A DNA stretch of 64,000 nt from Pocillopora damicornis. Its lineage: Eukaryota. Under the pieces are notes generated by a model. That model was not told where the DNA came from, did not search any database, and worked only from the letters and a program-made list of their open reading frames with translations. Where the stretch lies: NCBI RefSeq assembly GCF_003704095.1, contig NW_020847208.1, forward strand, positions 310,001 through 374,000, in the 5' to 3' direction. Positions 13,001 to 25,500 of this stretch are shown here, piece by piece (the stretch's first letter is position 1; each line of letters begins with the position of its first letter). The translations under genes were made by a program, and so were the position numbers.

Positions 13001-13525
13001 TATATCTGCTTGACGAACCGCTTTGTGAGTAATTGGAGCGAGTTTGGAAGTTAACCACCCGTGAAGTGTAAACACACGCTTCAACAGTAATAAAAGACCA
13101 CCTCACAAAGACAAAACCGATTGAATTTCATGTACCTGCAAGAGCCACTCAATCGCTGAGTCTTCAACTATATCAAATGCTCTTGTACTTAGGGAGGCGC
13201 CGGTGCCGTCTTCTGTAAAATACGGCCTTGATCAAATATGCATCGTTGTTCGAATCTTTATTGTACTTTAGGTCCATGAAGACAAAACAACAGTCAGGGT
13301 AGCCTTCAACATGGCGTAACCTAATCTTGTTTGTGACTCTAAAACGAAAGAGGAAATTTTTTAAATCGACGTGAGCTTAGTTTGAGTTCAAGTAAGTGGC
13401 TTCATCTTCTCCGTGGTAAAATGATACCCGGTACTAGCCAATTTTAACTATGCTTTGTTCGTTCATCTTCGATCGAACATTTGTTTAGTCTTGGAAAGGT
13501 GTTATTTGAGTTTCTCTCAACAGGA

Positions 13526-16500
13526 ATGAATGTTAACCTTTTTTTCGTATTGGCGTGGAACGTCCTTGTCATCTTTAAGATCTCAACAGTTTCTAGTGCC
13601 TTGAAAAGAGGTAAGGTCAAGATTCTAAGGCGACTATTGTTCAGCGAAATGCTATGTAATTACTTTTTAATCAGTAACAACACGCTTAATTTTCAATAAA
13701 GAGAAAAGTATCAAATTACAACTATTTGACTTATGATTAGCTGTTGAATGTTTTAATTTCAGGTTTAATCTTATTGTGCCATAATGGCTAAATTTTACCG
13801 CTGGTGCCATTTACTGTTACAGTATATTCAGAAACAAAATTAGACGCCACTAGTTAAGCGCAACGATTATGCTCTCTTGCCGGTATATGTTAAATCTGTG
13901 TCACTGCTTTTAGATCTAAAGGAGTGTATGATCTTATCACAGGAAAGGTTTTAATTCGGACTGCGTTTCAGATAAGCAACGAAATTTCGACCAACGCAAA
14001 TTGAAATTATACCTCGTCGAAGGCTCTCTTTTGTCTGCAACCAGAAATTGGAAAAAAAAAGGTTGCATTAGTGTTCCGTATACCCCAATTAGACCTGTCG
14101 ATTCAACTGTTTTCGCAACAATAGACAATCGCTGCGAAGTACTGTTAGTACTAGCTCAATTGATGCAGTTTCAAGCGAGCACATCTATTTCGGTTTGCTT
14201 TCTGGTGAATCATCTGACCTTAACCAAATTCCTTATAGAGCATGTGGTACCTCCTAGGATCCATGAACTCTGAACAGGAGGCAGCGAGCGACCAGGCTTT
14301 TTTATGTTTCTTTCATCATCGTTTTTGCGTCTCCTCAAAAAGCTAACTACGGACTAAAAGTGATACTTGATTCAAAAAGAAAAAAAGAAAATGTTGGTAG
14401 CTTAAAGAATTCATTCGAAATGCCATCGTTAGCTAAGGTAGTGTGTGTAGCCTCCCTTCCGCCTTGACATATGAACTAAAGTATAAGTCTAGTCTTCCCT
14501 TATAATTTAGGAACCCACGCATTTTCAATATACAGTCATTGTTTTGTAAAGGTCCTGCTGGTTAGTTTTATAAAAGAACTAATCGTACTGATCGCACATC
14601 ATAGTATTTGGAAGCTTCAGAGGAAACTTGCTTGGTCTGGGGAGTTGTTGTTGTTGGCTATATGCTCAGCGGGATGATGAGAGTGTATCCCACTTTGATA
14701 GATTTTTTCTTTTTTCTTTTTTTTTTTTTTAGCTCTAAAAGCTCAGAACGCCGAGAGCAGGTTTCTCATCGAAAGAATTGGTTTGAAAGCCGCTTATTCC
14801 ATCAAACCGCCTCACATTAAGTCATCACCTCTGGAGAGAAGACGAAAGCAACACTCAAAAGAAAAATCTCACTTTCAAACATTATCCGGTCATGTGGGAG
14901 TAAAGAGGCAATTTAATACACAAAACAGTTTGATTCCACGACCTTTTGATGTATCTTCAGTGAAAGGTAAAATGCCAATATAAATAGTGACATGTTGGCA
15001 GTTATCATCATGCATTATATATGAATATAACTGCGTTTAAAATGAAGTTCAGATTACATTTTAGAAGCCCACATGAAGTGCAGTTTTAATCAAATTGTTG
15101 TTTTTATTTGGAAAGTTATAAATATACCAGGAATGCTACATATTAAGAAGACACCTGTGACAACGATATAAGACAAAAAAATAAAACGAATATGACAAAC
15201 ACAGCAGAACAAACAAAGCAGAATTCAATCCCTTCAACGTCAGCCTCATTATTCGACTAGGATTTCGAGGCACTGGGTTGTTTATTTCACCGTAAAAATA
15301 GTGTTTTCTATCACCGAAGGCCAGAGAACTTTGTCTCCTTGAGCCATACCTTGAGATTGGTATTGAAATATTTGTAATATGATTTTTTTAGGCCACCCGG
15401 CTAAGATCGACGGAGAATTTCAGATTCGAACCCTTGTGTTTGTGTACTTTTTTAAACAAAAATTATTTTGCTCTTAAAGTGCTTCTCCCCAGCCAGAATA
15501 TTACGTCTGGGGATCAAAAGGCTGTCAGGTGTACCTGAGAAAAAGCTTAATATGTGAAGATCGAATTAAGCCGTCAGAAGTTATGGTTCCACTAACCTTC
15601 TATCTTTTGCCCAGCCTGTAAAACCCAAATAGATCTTGGATTCCTCATAGACGGCTCTGGAAGCATAGAGATGTACGGGAAAGGGAATTTTCAAAGATGT
15701 TTGGATTTTGTGAAATCTCTTACGAAAGCTTTTGTCGTTTCTCCCACGGACACAAGAGTTGGAGCAATTGTATTTTCGTCTCGAAGTGAACTTCAATTTG
15801 ACTTCAAACAATATAGCACGCAGCAAGATTTAGAAGCTGCGATAACTCGCATAAAATATCCAGGTTACAGGACAAAAACTGGCGCCGCACTCACAATGGC
15901 AGCAGACAAACTATTTAATGACGTTAGACAAGGCGTGCCACGCGTCCTTGTTGTCCTAACTGACGGCGCATCCAACGACGACGTAGTTAAACCGTCCGAA
16001 GAACTTAGAAACACAGGGGTGGTTATATTCTCTGTTGGCCTGGGGACACATTTTAGATTAGCACAACTAAATGCGATGGCAAGTGAGCCAAAAGCGGAAC
16101 ACGTGTTTACAGTTGATTTCCCCCGAATGGACACAATAGTTACAGCAATGCAGAAAACGTTGTGCAAAGGTGAGAAAAGAATTACAGCTTGGAATTCGCC
16201 ATTTTCCAAGAAATGGAAGTAACACGTGGCTGGCCCATAAAATCATGTGATTCTGATATCGTTGGGCTCTCTCCACGGTTTGTCATCTTACATTGACTAA
16301 ATGACTGAAAAATAGACTGAGAGACAGACTGGTTTACTGACTTAAGAACAGACCTTGTGACAATGTTAGAATTTTCAAATTTCTGTTTGAAGTATGAAGT
16401 TTTCAATTTGAACATTATTATTGACAGTTTTTTGTAATTTCATACAGCTGCTGTAAAGGCTGCCGCCGAGGGAACAAGTAAGTATACTTCAATTTTTCCC

Positions 16501-19500
16501 CAGTCTTAACGTAAATTACCCAATCATGTCGAGTCCCACTCTGAAAACTTCAAGCTTTTAAACCTGACCCGCAACACTTCCATCCAACGTATAGTAAGAG
16601 ACTTGCAGAGGGATTTCATGAAGAGCCTTGCCAACCGACGAGGTGGTGGTTTTTCAATGTCTCAGACCACTACTACAAGTGGAGGCAGCTCCTCGGGAGG
16701 AATGTCTGCTGGAGGTGGTTCTGTTTCTGGTTCCGTTCATGGAGGCTCTGCTAGTGCATCAGGTGCAGCCGGAGGCGGCGGTGAGTAACTTTCCGTGACA
16801 AGACAAGAATTTGACGCAAGATGATCTACGTTCACAACGAAGAAATGGAGAATTCGAACTTTATCCCGCCACATTGGGCAAGTGGATCACACTACATTAC
16901 GACAAAACATATATTAAAGGGACGCAGAAATACAACTGAGACAAGACACGTTCCTTGACAATGGATCCTAGGATATCGTCATGGTATCGCACCATACAAA
17001 TGACGCACAGATAACGGAAATAATCTGTGACATGTTTACATTGGATAGGGAATCCTAATGGATCATATAAACATCTCATTAGCTCATGACAGTGGACGAG
17101 GAACAAATAGAGGCCAATAGACGATACAGCTATGACCAAAACCCAACATACCCTACCACTGATATTGCGACTCCCTCGTCAAGCTAACAATGCTGTGCAT
17201 TAAATAGATGTATAATACGTGACATCGGTTTGTCTAATTTAGTTGCATATTTCTTCTGTTTATTTTTGATAATCATTTAATTTTACCTACCAATTTCATT
17301 TTTTTTCAGCTGGGGGAGCTGCTGGTGCCTCGGGAGGAGGTGTGTAGCTTCTTTCAAAAATTACAGTAATTGGGTCTTACTAAGAAAACTAGAGCTCGTT
17401 ATGCGAGTCTCTTCACGTCTGATTTTTTCCCTCTGCTGGAGGTATTTTCATTTTGTTTACCCTTTTCCATTCTTTCATGATATTCATTCTACAATTCATT
17501 CGTGGATCTAAGAGTATGGGCGTAAACTGTTCGATCCTCCCGTTCAATGCCACGGTTCTATGCCACCATTTAGTTATGAGTTTTGACTTTGGTATTAAAA
17601 AAATGTTCAGAAAGCCTTTGCTTGTTCAAATAAAGTTATGTTGAATTAAGGTTTTATGTGATGTTATAGTTGCGTTGCAAACCGGGCAGCATCGACTGAA
17701 GGATGGTGAGAACATTATACAACAATCAAGCAATTAGAAAATTTTTAATCTTCCTGACCGTTTTTTTTTGTTTTTTTGCCAGGAGGATGTGATCTTGCCT
17801 TCATGGTGGATATTTCATCAAGTATTGGTGGCGATGCGAACTTTCAACTCGTCATGAAATTTGTCATTAGCATTTTTCACTCATTCACTCTTGGCGGTGG
17901 AATACGCTATGGTCTAGTCACGTTTGGAAGCAGTGCTAAGGTAAAAGTGAATTAAGGTTACCCTCTAAAGGTGCTATGCATCGAGTCAAGCACCCCTTAT
18001 CTAAAAAAGGAGCAAAAGATTTTATAGTTGCCAAAACATTTGTTGAATGTAAATTTTACCCACGAGAATACAAGTGGCCGCCGTCAAGAGGTATCTTCGA
18101 GGAAATCAAAAACAAAACCGTGAAAGCATAGTGTTGATTTTCCAAGTGTGCTAAGTGAAATACAAAACTTTGTTGAGAGGTTGGATTCTAAATGCATAAC
18201 GTCATCGCGATAGATACGAGTGTAACTGACGGCCATCTTTAGTTTCGAGTAATTATCAAACGCCATGGATTCAACAAGTGATGTTGTAGGGCTTCAATGA
18301 ATAAGTGTTTCTATTTAATGTAATCTTTTTTTGCTCAAGTGAGAAAATTACACATATCCTAGTTTAATAAGTTCATGACCTTGCAAAATTCTTTTTACCT
18401 TAGGTGGTCTTTGGATTTACCCAGTATTCCTCAATCTCAGAGATAGACTCGGCAGTTGGCAGTGTCACATTAATGAGCGGTGGCTGTACTGCAGGTGCTG
18501 CACTTTCTCAGTGCAAGTCATCTCTCTTCGAGGGTGACGCCGGAGGGAAGGCACGTGTCCTGATTGTTCTAATTGCTGGAAGTTCTACTGATGACGTTTC
18601 AAGCGCCGCTAGCTCATTGAAAACAGCCGGAGTCAAAATAATTGCTGTTGGAATGGGCAGCTCATTTGTTCAGTCACAACTTACTTCCATGGCATTCTCT
18701 TCATCCTACGTCCTTACCGCCGCTTCGTATGGAGGTTTAGCTGGCATTACCGGAAGCATTACCTCACTAATATCTCAAGGTTTTTGAGAGTTTGTCCCTA
18801 TTCTTTATTGTTTCTTCGATTCTAATTTAGGGACACTTTCTTTTCGGGTAATTTGGTATTATCAACTGAGTTGATAACGTAAATTAGCCACCTTAAAGAG
18901 TTTAAAAGCGGCGTTTCGAGCGTTAGCTTTTGGTCGGAGCGAATGACATATGGCTTACGCTCAAAACGTCACTTTTAAACTCTTAATGGTGGCTAATTTA
19001 CGTTATAAACTCAGTTGATGATATTGAATAACCCTGTTATACCCTCCCACCGACGCAGCACCACAATTTCTTCAGAAACTTTCCCCTTTTATTCACTTTC
19101 CCTTCGACCCTGATTTTAATTTCTTCTAGGCTTTCCCTCAGTGCAGACAAGCAGGGTTACTATGAACCAAGGGATCATCGAAAAAAAAAATTTAAAGCTT
19201 CACTCAGAATTTCGTGTTCTTTGATATGCACATATGTTCAAAAGGATTTTTTTAAAACTTCATCGATTTTACATGAATCCGACAAAAATATCATTGAAAA
19301 CAGCCTATGATATGCTACAACGCTGCAACCCCTCCTTTTCCTTATCTTTGAATTATCGTTTGCTAGAACTGAAGTATTTAACTTTATGCTTAGTCGTGCA
19401 CTGATTTGATACAATCTTGAAATTATAGCCGGCGGCATTACCGCTAGTGGAGGTGCCGGAGGTGCCGGAGGTGCCGGAGGTATGGACTCATACGAATTAT

Positions 19501-22500
19501 GCTTGTCATCCTTTCCATCCTCGATCGTGTTTGTTTTGATTTCGTTGTTTTTGTTGATGTTGTTTGTGATTTTGCTTATTTGGTGTTTTTGTTTAACTTA
19601 CTAGCTAGATAACTGAACTGACGGTATCGTACTTCTATTATAGACATCATGCTTTAAGACAGGCTCCATTAACATCCGAAAATCAACCCAACTAGAGGGC
19701 CTGAAAAAGCAAGTTACGGTTGAGGGAACTTCATTGAAGATGAAATTTATTCCCATAGGCTAGTCGTGGGTCTATTGAAGTTTCTCTATTTTCTTATTCC
19801 TCTTTAAGCGCTGCATGTGTAAAAAGCATCATAATTATACATGATACATGCGCAAAACGCCAGCACTCCACTATTACAATTATTTTGCTTGTCATAAAAA
19901 TAATAATAAGTTTAACGTAAAAGTTCTGAGTTAGATATTGATTCAAGCCTTTGCTATTCCAGTTTAGTAACTGGTTGAACTTTCATACTTTTTAGGTTCC
20001 TGTGATCTGGCCTTCATGTTGGATGCCTCGGACAGCATTCAAGGGGAAGCAAACTTCAAGTTGTGTATTGAATTCATCTTGGTAATATTTCGTGCCTTTG
20101 GTATGAGTGGCGGTATACGCTTTGCTTTAGTCCTATTTGGAAGTTCAGCTCAAGTTGCATTTGATTTCAGCAAATATTCTTCAATCTCTGAAGTTGAAAC
20201 GGCCCTTGGTCAGGTATGTGTACTATTTTATTTGCATTATCCCATAACACTGCATCTGAAAGTGTAAATTAGTTTGATTTAGCGAGAGAATGACGAGGAC
20301 ACTTGTCGTGAAACTCAAGGATAAATATACCCGCGTACAATTCAGATTAAATTTAAAACACTACGGATCAAATAAGGACACCTGGCCTTCCGAAAGCGGT
20401 AAGGAATGTCTCACAGGAGATAAATCCCAGTCAAAGAGGTGATCAAAGTAAGAGACCGGGTTTAAAAGGGAATTATCTTATAGATAAACTTTGACAAATA
20501 GGTGATCAAACTGGAAGGGATTTTTTTAAAAATAAGAAAAATTTTGAGTGCTATCGTCTCGCAGCTTAAATTGCTTTGTAATAGCTGCGTATAAAGATAA
20601 CTGTTGATTCTTCTTTTTAAACCTATAGATTAAACTCGTCGGAGGATCTTGTGCCGCGGGAGCGGCGCTTTCCACATGTCAATCGTCTTTGTTTGCAAGC
20701 GCTGGGGGAGGTGGAGGTGCCGCTGCCGGTGGTGGTGCTGTAAGTGGAGGGGCAGCAGCTGGGGCGAGTGTTTCTGCGCGCCTTCTTGTAGTAATGATGG
20801 CAGGAAAATCAACAGACTCCGTCTCAAGCTCATCTGGTGCACTGAAACAAAGTGGTATTAAAATCCTATGTCTTGGAATGGGAGGAAGCGTCGATGCGGG
20901 TCAGATGAAAGAAATGGCTTCCTCCGCCGAGTATTTTGTCTCAGTAGGATCGTTTGCAGAACTCTCTGGGTTCTCGCAGCAGTTTATCAGCTTAATTGGA
21001 TCAGGTGAGAAAGGAATATGATTAACTGCGAACACGAAGTAATAAAGATCCATTTCGATAAGATTACCAACGCTGTTCGCAAAACATCGCACAACACATT
21101 AAACAATTGTTATCTGTCCCGGAACACTTTATAAAATCGTGATTAGGTAAGGATTACATATTTGCGACAATGTTTTAAATAATATAAAATAAGACTTTTT
21201 TGGAACGATAGTGGTGTACTGAGAAGCAAAATAGTTGTCTTCCACGTGGTTTCCGTCTGGAAAGGCATCTTATAGAGTCAGCTTCAGTCAGGTCTAAAAA
21301 GGCTGCCAAAGTATTCTAAACTTTTCCAAAACAGATTAAGGCGTATGTGATTAATTTCTATCTTAAATAAGCTGGAGGAATTTCAGCCAGCGGAGCAGCT
21401 GGAGGAGCCGCCGGTGCAGCTGGAGGCGCCGCCGGAGGAGCAGCTGGAGGTGCCGCCGGAGGAGCAGCTGGAGGAGCAGCTGGAGGAGCAGCTGGAGGAG
21501 CCGCCGGTGGAACAGCTGGAGGAGCTGCCGGTGGAGCTGGAGGAGCCGCCGGAGGATTAGCTGGAGGATTAGCTGGAGGAGCAGCTGGAGGAGCCGCCGG
21601 AACAGTTGGAGGAGCCGCCGGTGCAGCTGGCGGTTTAAGTGCTGGAGGAGCAGCTGGAGGAGCAGCTGGAGGAGCAGCTGGGGGAACAGCTGGGGGAACA
21701 GCAGGTAGGTGCATTAGTTCACTTTGCATATATGAGTTTTGATACAAATTATATCGGGTAGTGTGCCATTTAGGGTAGGTGTGCTAACGAGGTTGATTTT
21801 GACGCCAACCATAAAGCCATATTTACATTTGACAAGATCTTTACGATACGAGACATTTTCTGACATCACAGCTCGAACGAACTTGACTTTGTACTCAAAA
21901 TGAAACGAAGCTTCACTGTACCAAAAACGTGTGACTAAAATTCCAACTAACTGAATGTGAAAATTGCATTCTGGATACACTGTTCTCTCCTGCTGCATCA
22001 AAAAGAAAAATTCGAATTTGCAGTATTAATTGGTGACTTTTATAGCATTCTCATCAAGATCAACATACATTTTGGAGCGTTAGCCATTTTTAACTACTAA
22101 GGTGGGTGTCGACACACCAGAATTTGTGATAGTATTGTATTTACTGGTCAAGACTGTGAATTAGTCAGACGATGGACGGATTGGATGGTCTCAGTGTTGT
22201 AACATACATAACAGCTAAAGATATGAAACTCTTCGTATCGCTTTAAATGGCCAATATTTTGTAACTCTGTTTGCGAAATAGGTAAGCAGGGCTTTCAAAC
22301 AAGTCTGCTTCCACGTAAGACGACTCTCGGAAAGGCAAAACAAGAAGAAGCAGGCCGTGGTACAGAATGATAACAAATACTCCTTAGTATCCCCTTCCTA
22401 TATCTGAGTACAAGAGGCTCGCATTACGACGTGAAAAAAATATGATATTTATTCCTTGACATTTATCTTGTCAATGAGGATGCTGATAAATAACGGCTTC

Positions 22501-25500
22501 AAAAAATCGTCGTTTTAAAACAAATTAACATGCTTTTTTAAAGGAGCAGTCGATCTGGCTTTCATGCTTGATGCCTCTAGCAGTGTAGGTGATGATGCAA
22601 ATTTCCAGCGGTGTCTAAACTTTGTTAGAGCAATCTACAGCGGCGTTACCATTTCATCAGCGGCATTTCGCATAGGATTGGTCTTGTTTGGCGCGTCCGC
22701 CTCGGTGTCGTTTGACTTCAGCAAGTACAGCTCAGCATCTGAAATTGACGCAGTTATTATAGGAATGAAAATGATTGGTGGAGCGTGTGCTGCAGGTCAA
22801 GGTTTAAGTACATGTCAAACTCAATTATTCGCCCAATCACGTCAAAATGCTATCAAAGTCCTGTTGGTGATGATCGCTGGAAGATCAACAGATGACGTGT
22901 CAGGCGTAGCAGGAGCTTTGAAAAGTTCTGGGGTCAAGATCTTCTGTCTCGGGATAGGAAGTTCTATTGAAAGAACTCAGCTGATATCAATGGCTAACTC
23001 AGAATCGTACATTCAAGTAGCACCCGACTATAGTCAGCTAGTATCATTGTCCAGTCATTTTTTATCACTGATTGGTCAGGTAGCTGCCGGTAAGTAAATT
23101 TTGTACCTACTTACAAAGTATACTGTAAAGGAGGGGAGTCGATTTTACATTGGTAACCCATACCACAAGTGAACGATATGTGTTTGAGGGTATCTCATGG
23201 TCCGTGACAAATGTAGTAGGCTTGGTGCCACACAAAAGCAGCCATGAGCAAAATAGCGGGCGGATATTCAGGATTTATAGCAAAGGGGAACACTTGGAAA
23301 CTATTTTTGTTAAAATAATAGCAAGGCTGCCACCACAGGTGCAGGAATGACCGCTGGAACAAAAAAGAGAGGGAAGAATTGTACTTGGGTAGGCAATAAT
23401 GCAACTGCAGGTACCTTGACATTCATTCCTGGAGAAGGTAGGAGAATGGATGTCCTTGCTGGATGAGGTACGAGAAGAGGAACTACGGGTGGTGCAGAGG
23501 GACAACTGCACTTAGGAATCATACCCAATAAAAGTTCCTCACTAGGGTGGTAGGACCATTGGATCAGAAGACGGTGTAAACGGGACTTACTAGGTTGTCA
23601 CCAGGCTGAGCTTCAGTGGTGAAATGACAGGAAGCCTAGGTGGAATAGGCGTGGGTTTCACGGAATATATGCATCTTGGAGACAACGTAACGAATGCCCC
23701 TTGCAGGTACAGGCATGACCGCTGTAGCAACAGTAGATGAAGTTGCAACAGCCACAGATCTTCCCAGACCTATCCTAGGTGGAAGCGGAGTCGGAATCAA
23801 AGTTTTCTTTTGCAGAGAAATATTACAATATATTGTCTTGTTGTTTCATTTTCATGGCCACTTTCTGCATTATTCTCAGCATCATTTACAAAACGATGAT
23901 CATTTTCCCTTCTTCCCCTCTCCTCTTCCAAGTAACAACTTGAAGTCCCACTCGGTGTTTCTTTTGAATCCTAGCCTGTTTAGAACACTCTCTCGTTACA
24001 GTTCTGGCTTGAATCGGCGTCTGCGACATATGGAGTTAGTAAGGTCTTTTCAGGGAGGCTTATCGAGAGAATCGTGAGGGAACATGTAGAAAATGAATGA
24101 TGAATGAATATGACAAACGTTTGAATTCATGCTTCAGTGATGGAGAAATAAAAACAAATTTTCTAGGAGTATGTCCTTGGAAACGAAACGTTTAAATGAA
24201 AACTTCGTTTCCGATACTCAAAGTGAATATGAGAATGGTCTAGTGTTGCATTTTTAACATTTGTACTGATGCAAAAAGGTCAAATTAAAACTGTCACAGC
24301 AGGTCGTCATGCCTATGCAGAATGCATAGAAACTAAGTCTAATGCACAATATCCTCCAAATCAACTTCTAACAAAACCCCTGCAGCAATATCTAGCGAGT
24401 GCGGCTCCGAACACAATTGCAGCTACGACAAAGAATTACAAATTACAACACTGCAACGTTACGTGACATTTCACTGTAATATATAACATAACGTTTAGCT
24501 TCATCGTGACTTTACATGGCTTACTTAAACATTACAAGACAACATGATATTGATTTCAGAGTTTAACATTGCAATACAGTATAATCGAATAACGTACCCA
24601 GTAATTACCAGGACGTTTTTTGTGCGCTTTGAAACATTTAGGGGCGAAGTCGCTTCTTTTATTGTCCTGGAGTGTTCGTAAAAAAGCTGCGTAGGTTACT
24701 TCAGTCAGGCATTTGATATAGAAAAATCTATAAACATTTTAATCAGTCTTACTTAACTTATGGACACTTAAAGGGCATGATAAATCCGTCCCGTAATAAC
24801 AATATCTTTTATTCAATAAAGCCGGAGGGATGGCAGGTGGAGCTGGCGCTGCCGGAGCAGCAGGGGGAATTTCAGGTGAATTGACAACCACAAAACTATT
24901 ATTAAATTTAAGGTGAAGCCTATCGGAGCAGTTGTGTTCATTTCTATTTGAACTTTCTTATGTACCCTGGGTGTAGTGATCTGGTTTTTAGTAACATAGC
25001 ACATGAACCTCACACTCGTATGAGGTTTTTTTCGAAAATGCATTGAGAAGTTTTAAAGCTTTGGTATTGACTTTGAAAGTTTAAAGAGTCCATCAAACCA
25101 ATTTTGAACTACTTCCATTCAGACAACAGAATAAGGGATGGGAAATTGAGCTCAATATCAAAACGACCGATTTTGCATGTGTATCTAGTGATGTCTTGAT
25201 TAATATTTGGTGGTCTTTCGGTAAATAGTCATATTAGAGACGATTAACTTTTTTTGAGTGGACTGAACGTTTTCCATCGCTTTCATCTCTCCTATTCAGG
25301 TGGGATTGCTGGTGGAGCTGGAGGAATGGGCGTTGGAGGATCCATTGGAGCAGGTGGAGCAACAATAGGAGGGGGTGGTATGTTAAGAATGTATGATATT
25401 CTTTACACACTTTCACAATTCATCAATAATTGCCTCCCTTGCCATATTTGCTTTTGTTTCTCAGTTGGTATTGGCGTGCAACCCGTGATTAGGAGACAAT

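Noticed and set aside
10065-13400. Short ORFs between genes 1 and 2, and similar 60-90 aa ORFs elsewhere
   Set aside because: AT-rich, random-looking translations with no splice or domain support.
21358-21747. Minus-strand Pro/Ala-rich ORF; likewise Pro-rich ORFs at 25559-25756 and 29406-29995
   Set aside because: Antisense shadows of the plus-strand Gly-rich exons, which have proper splice sites and phase.
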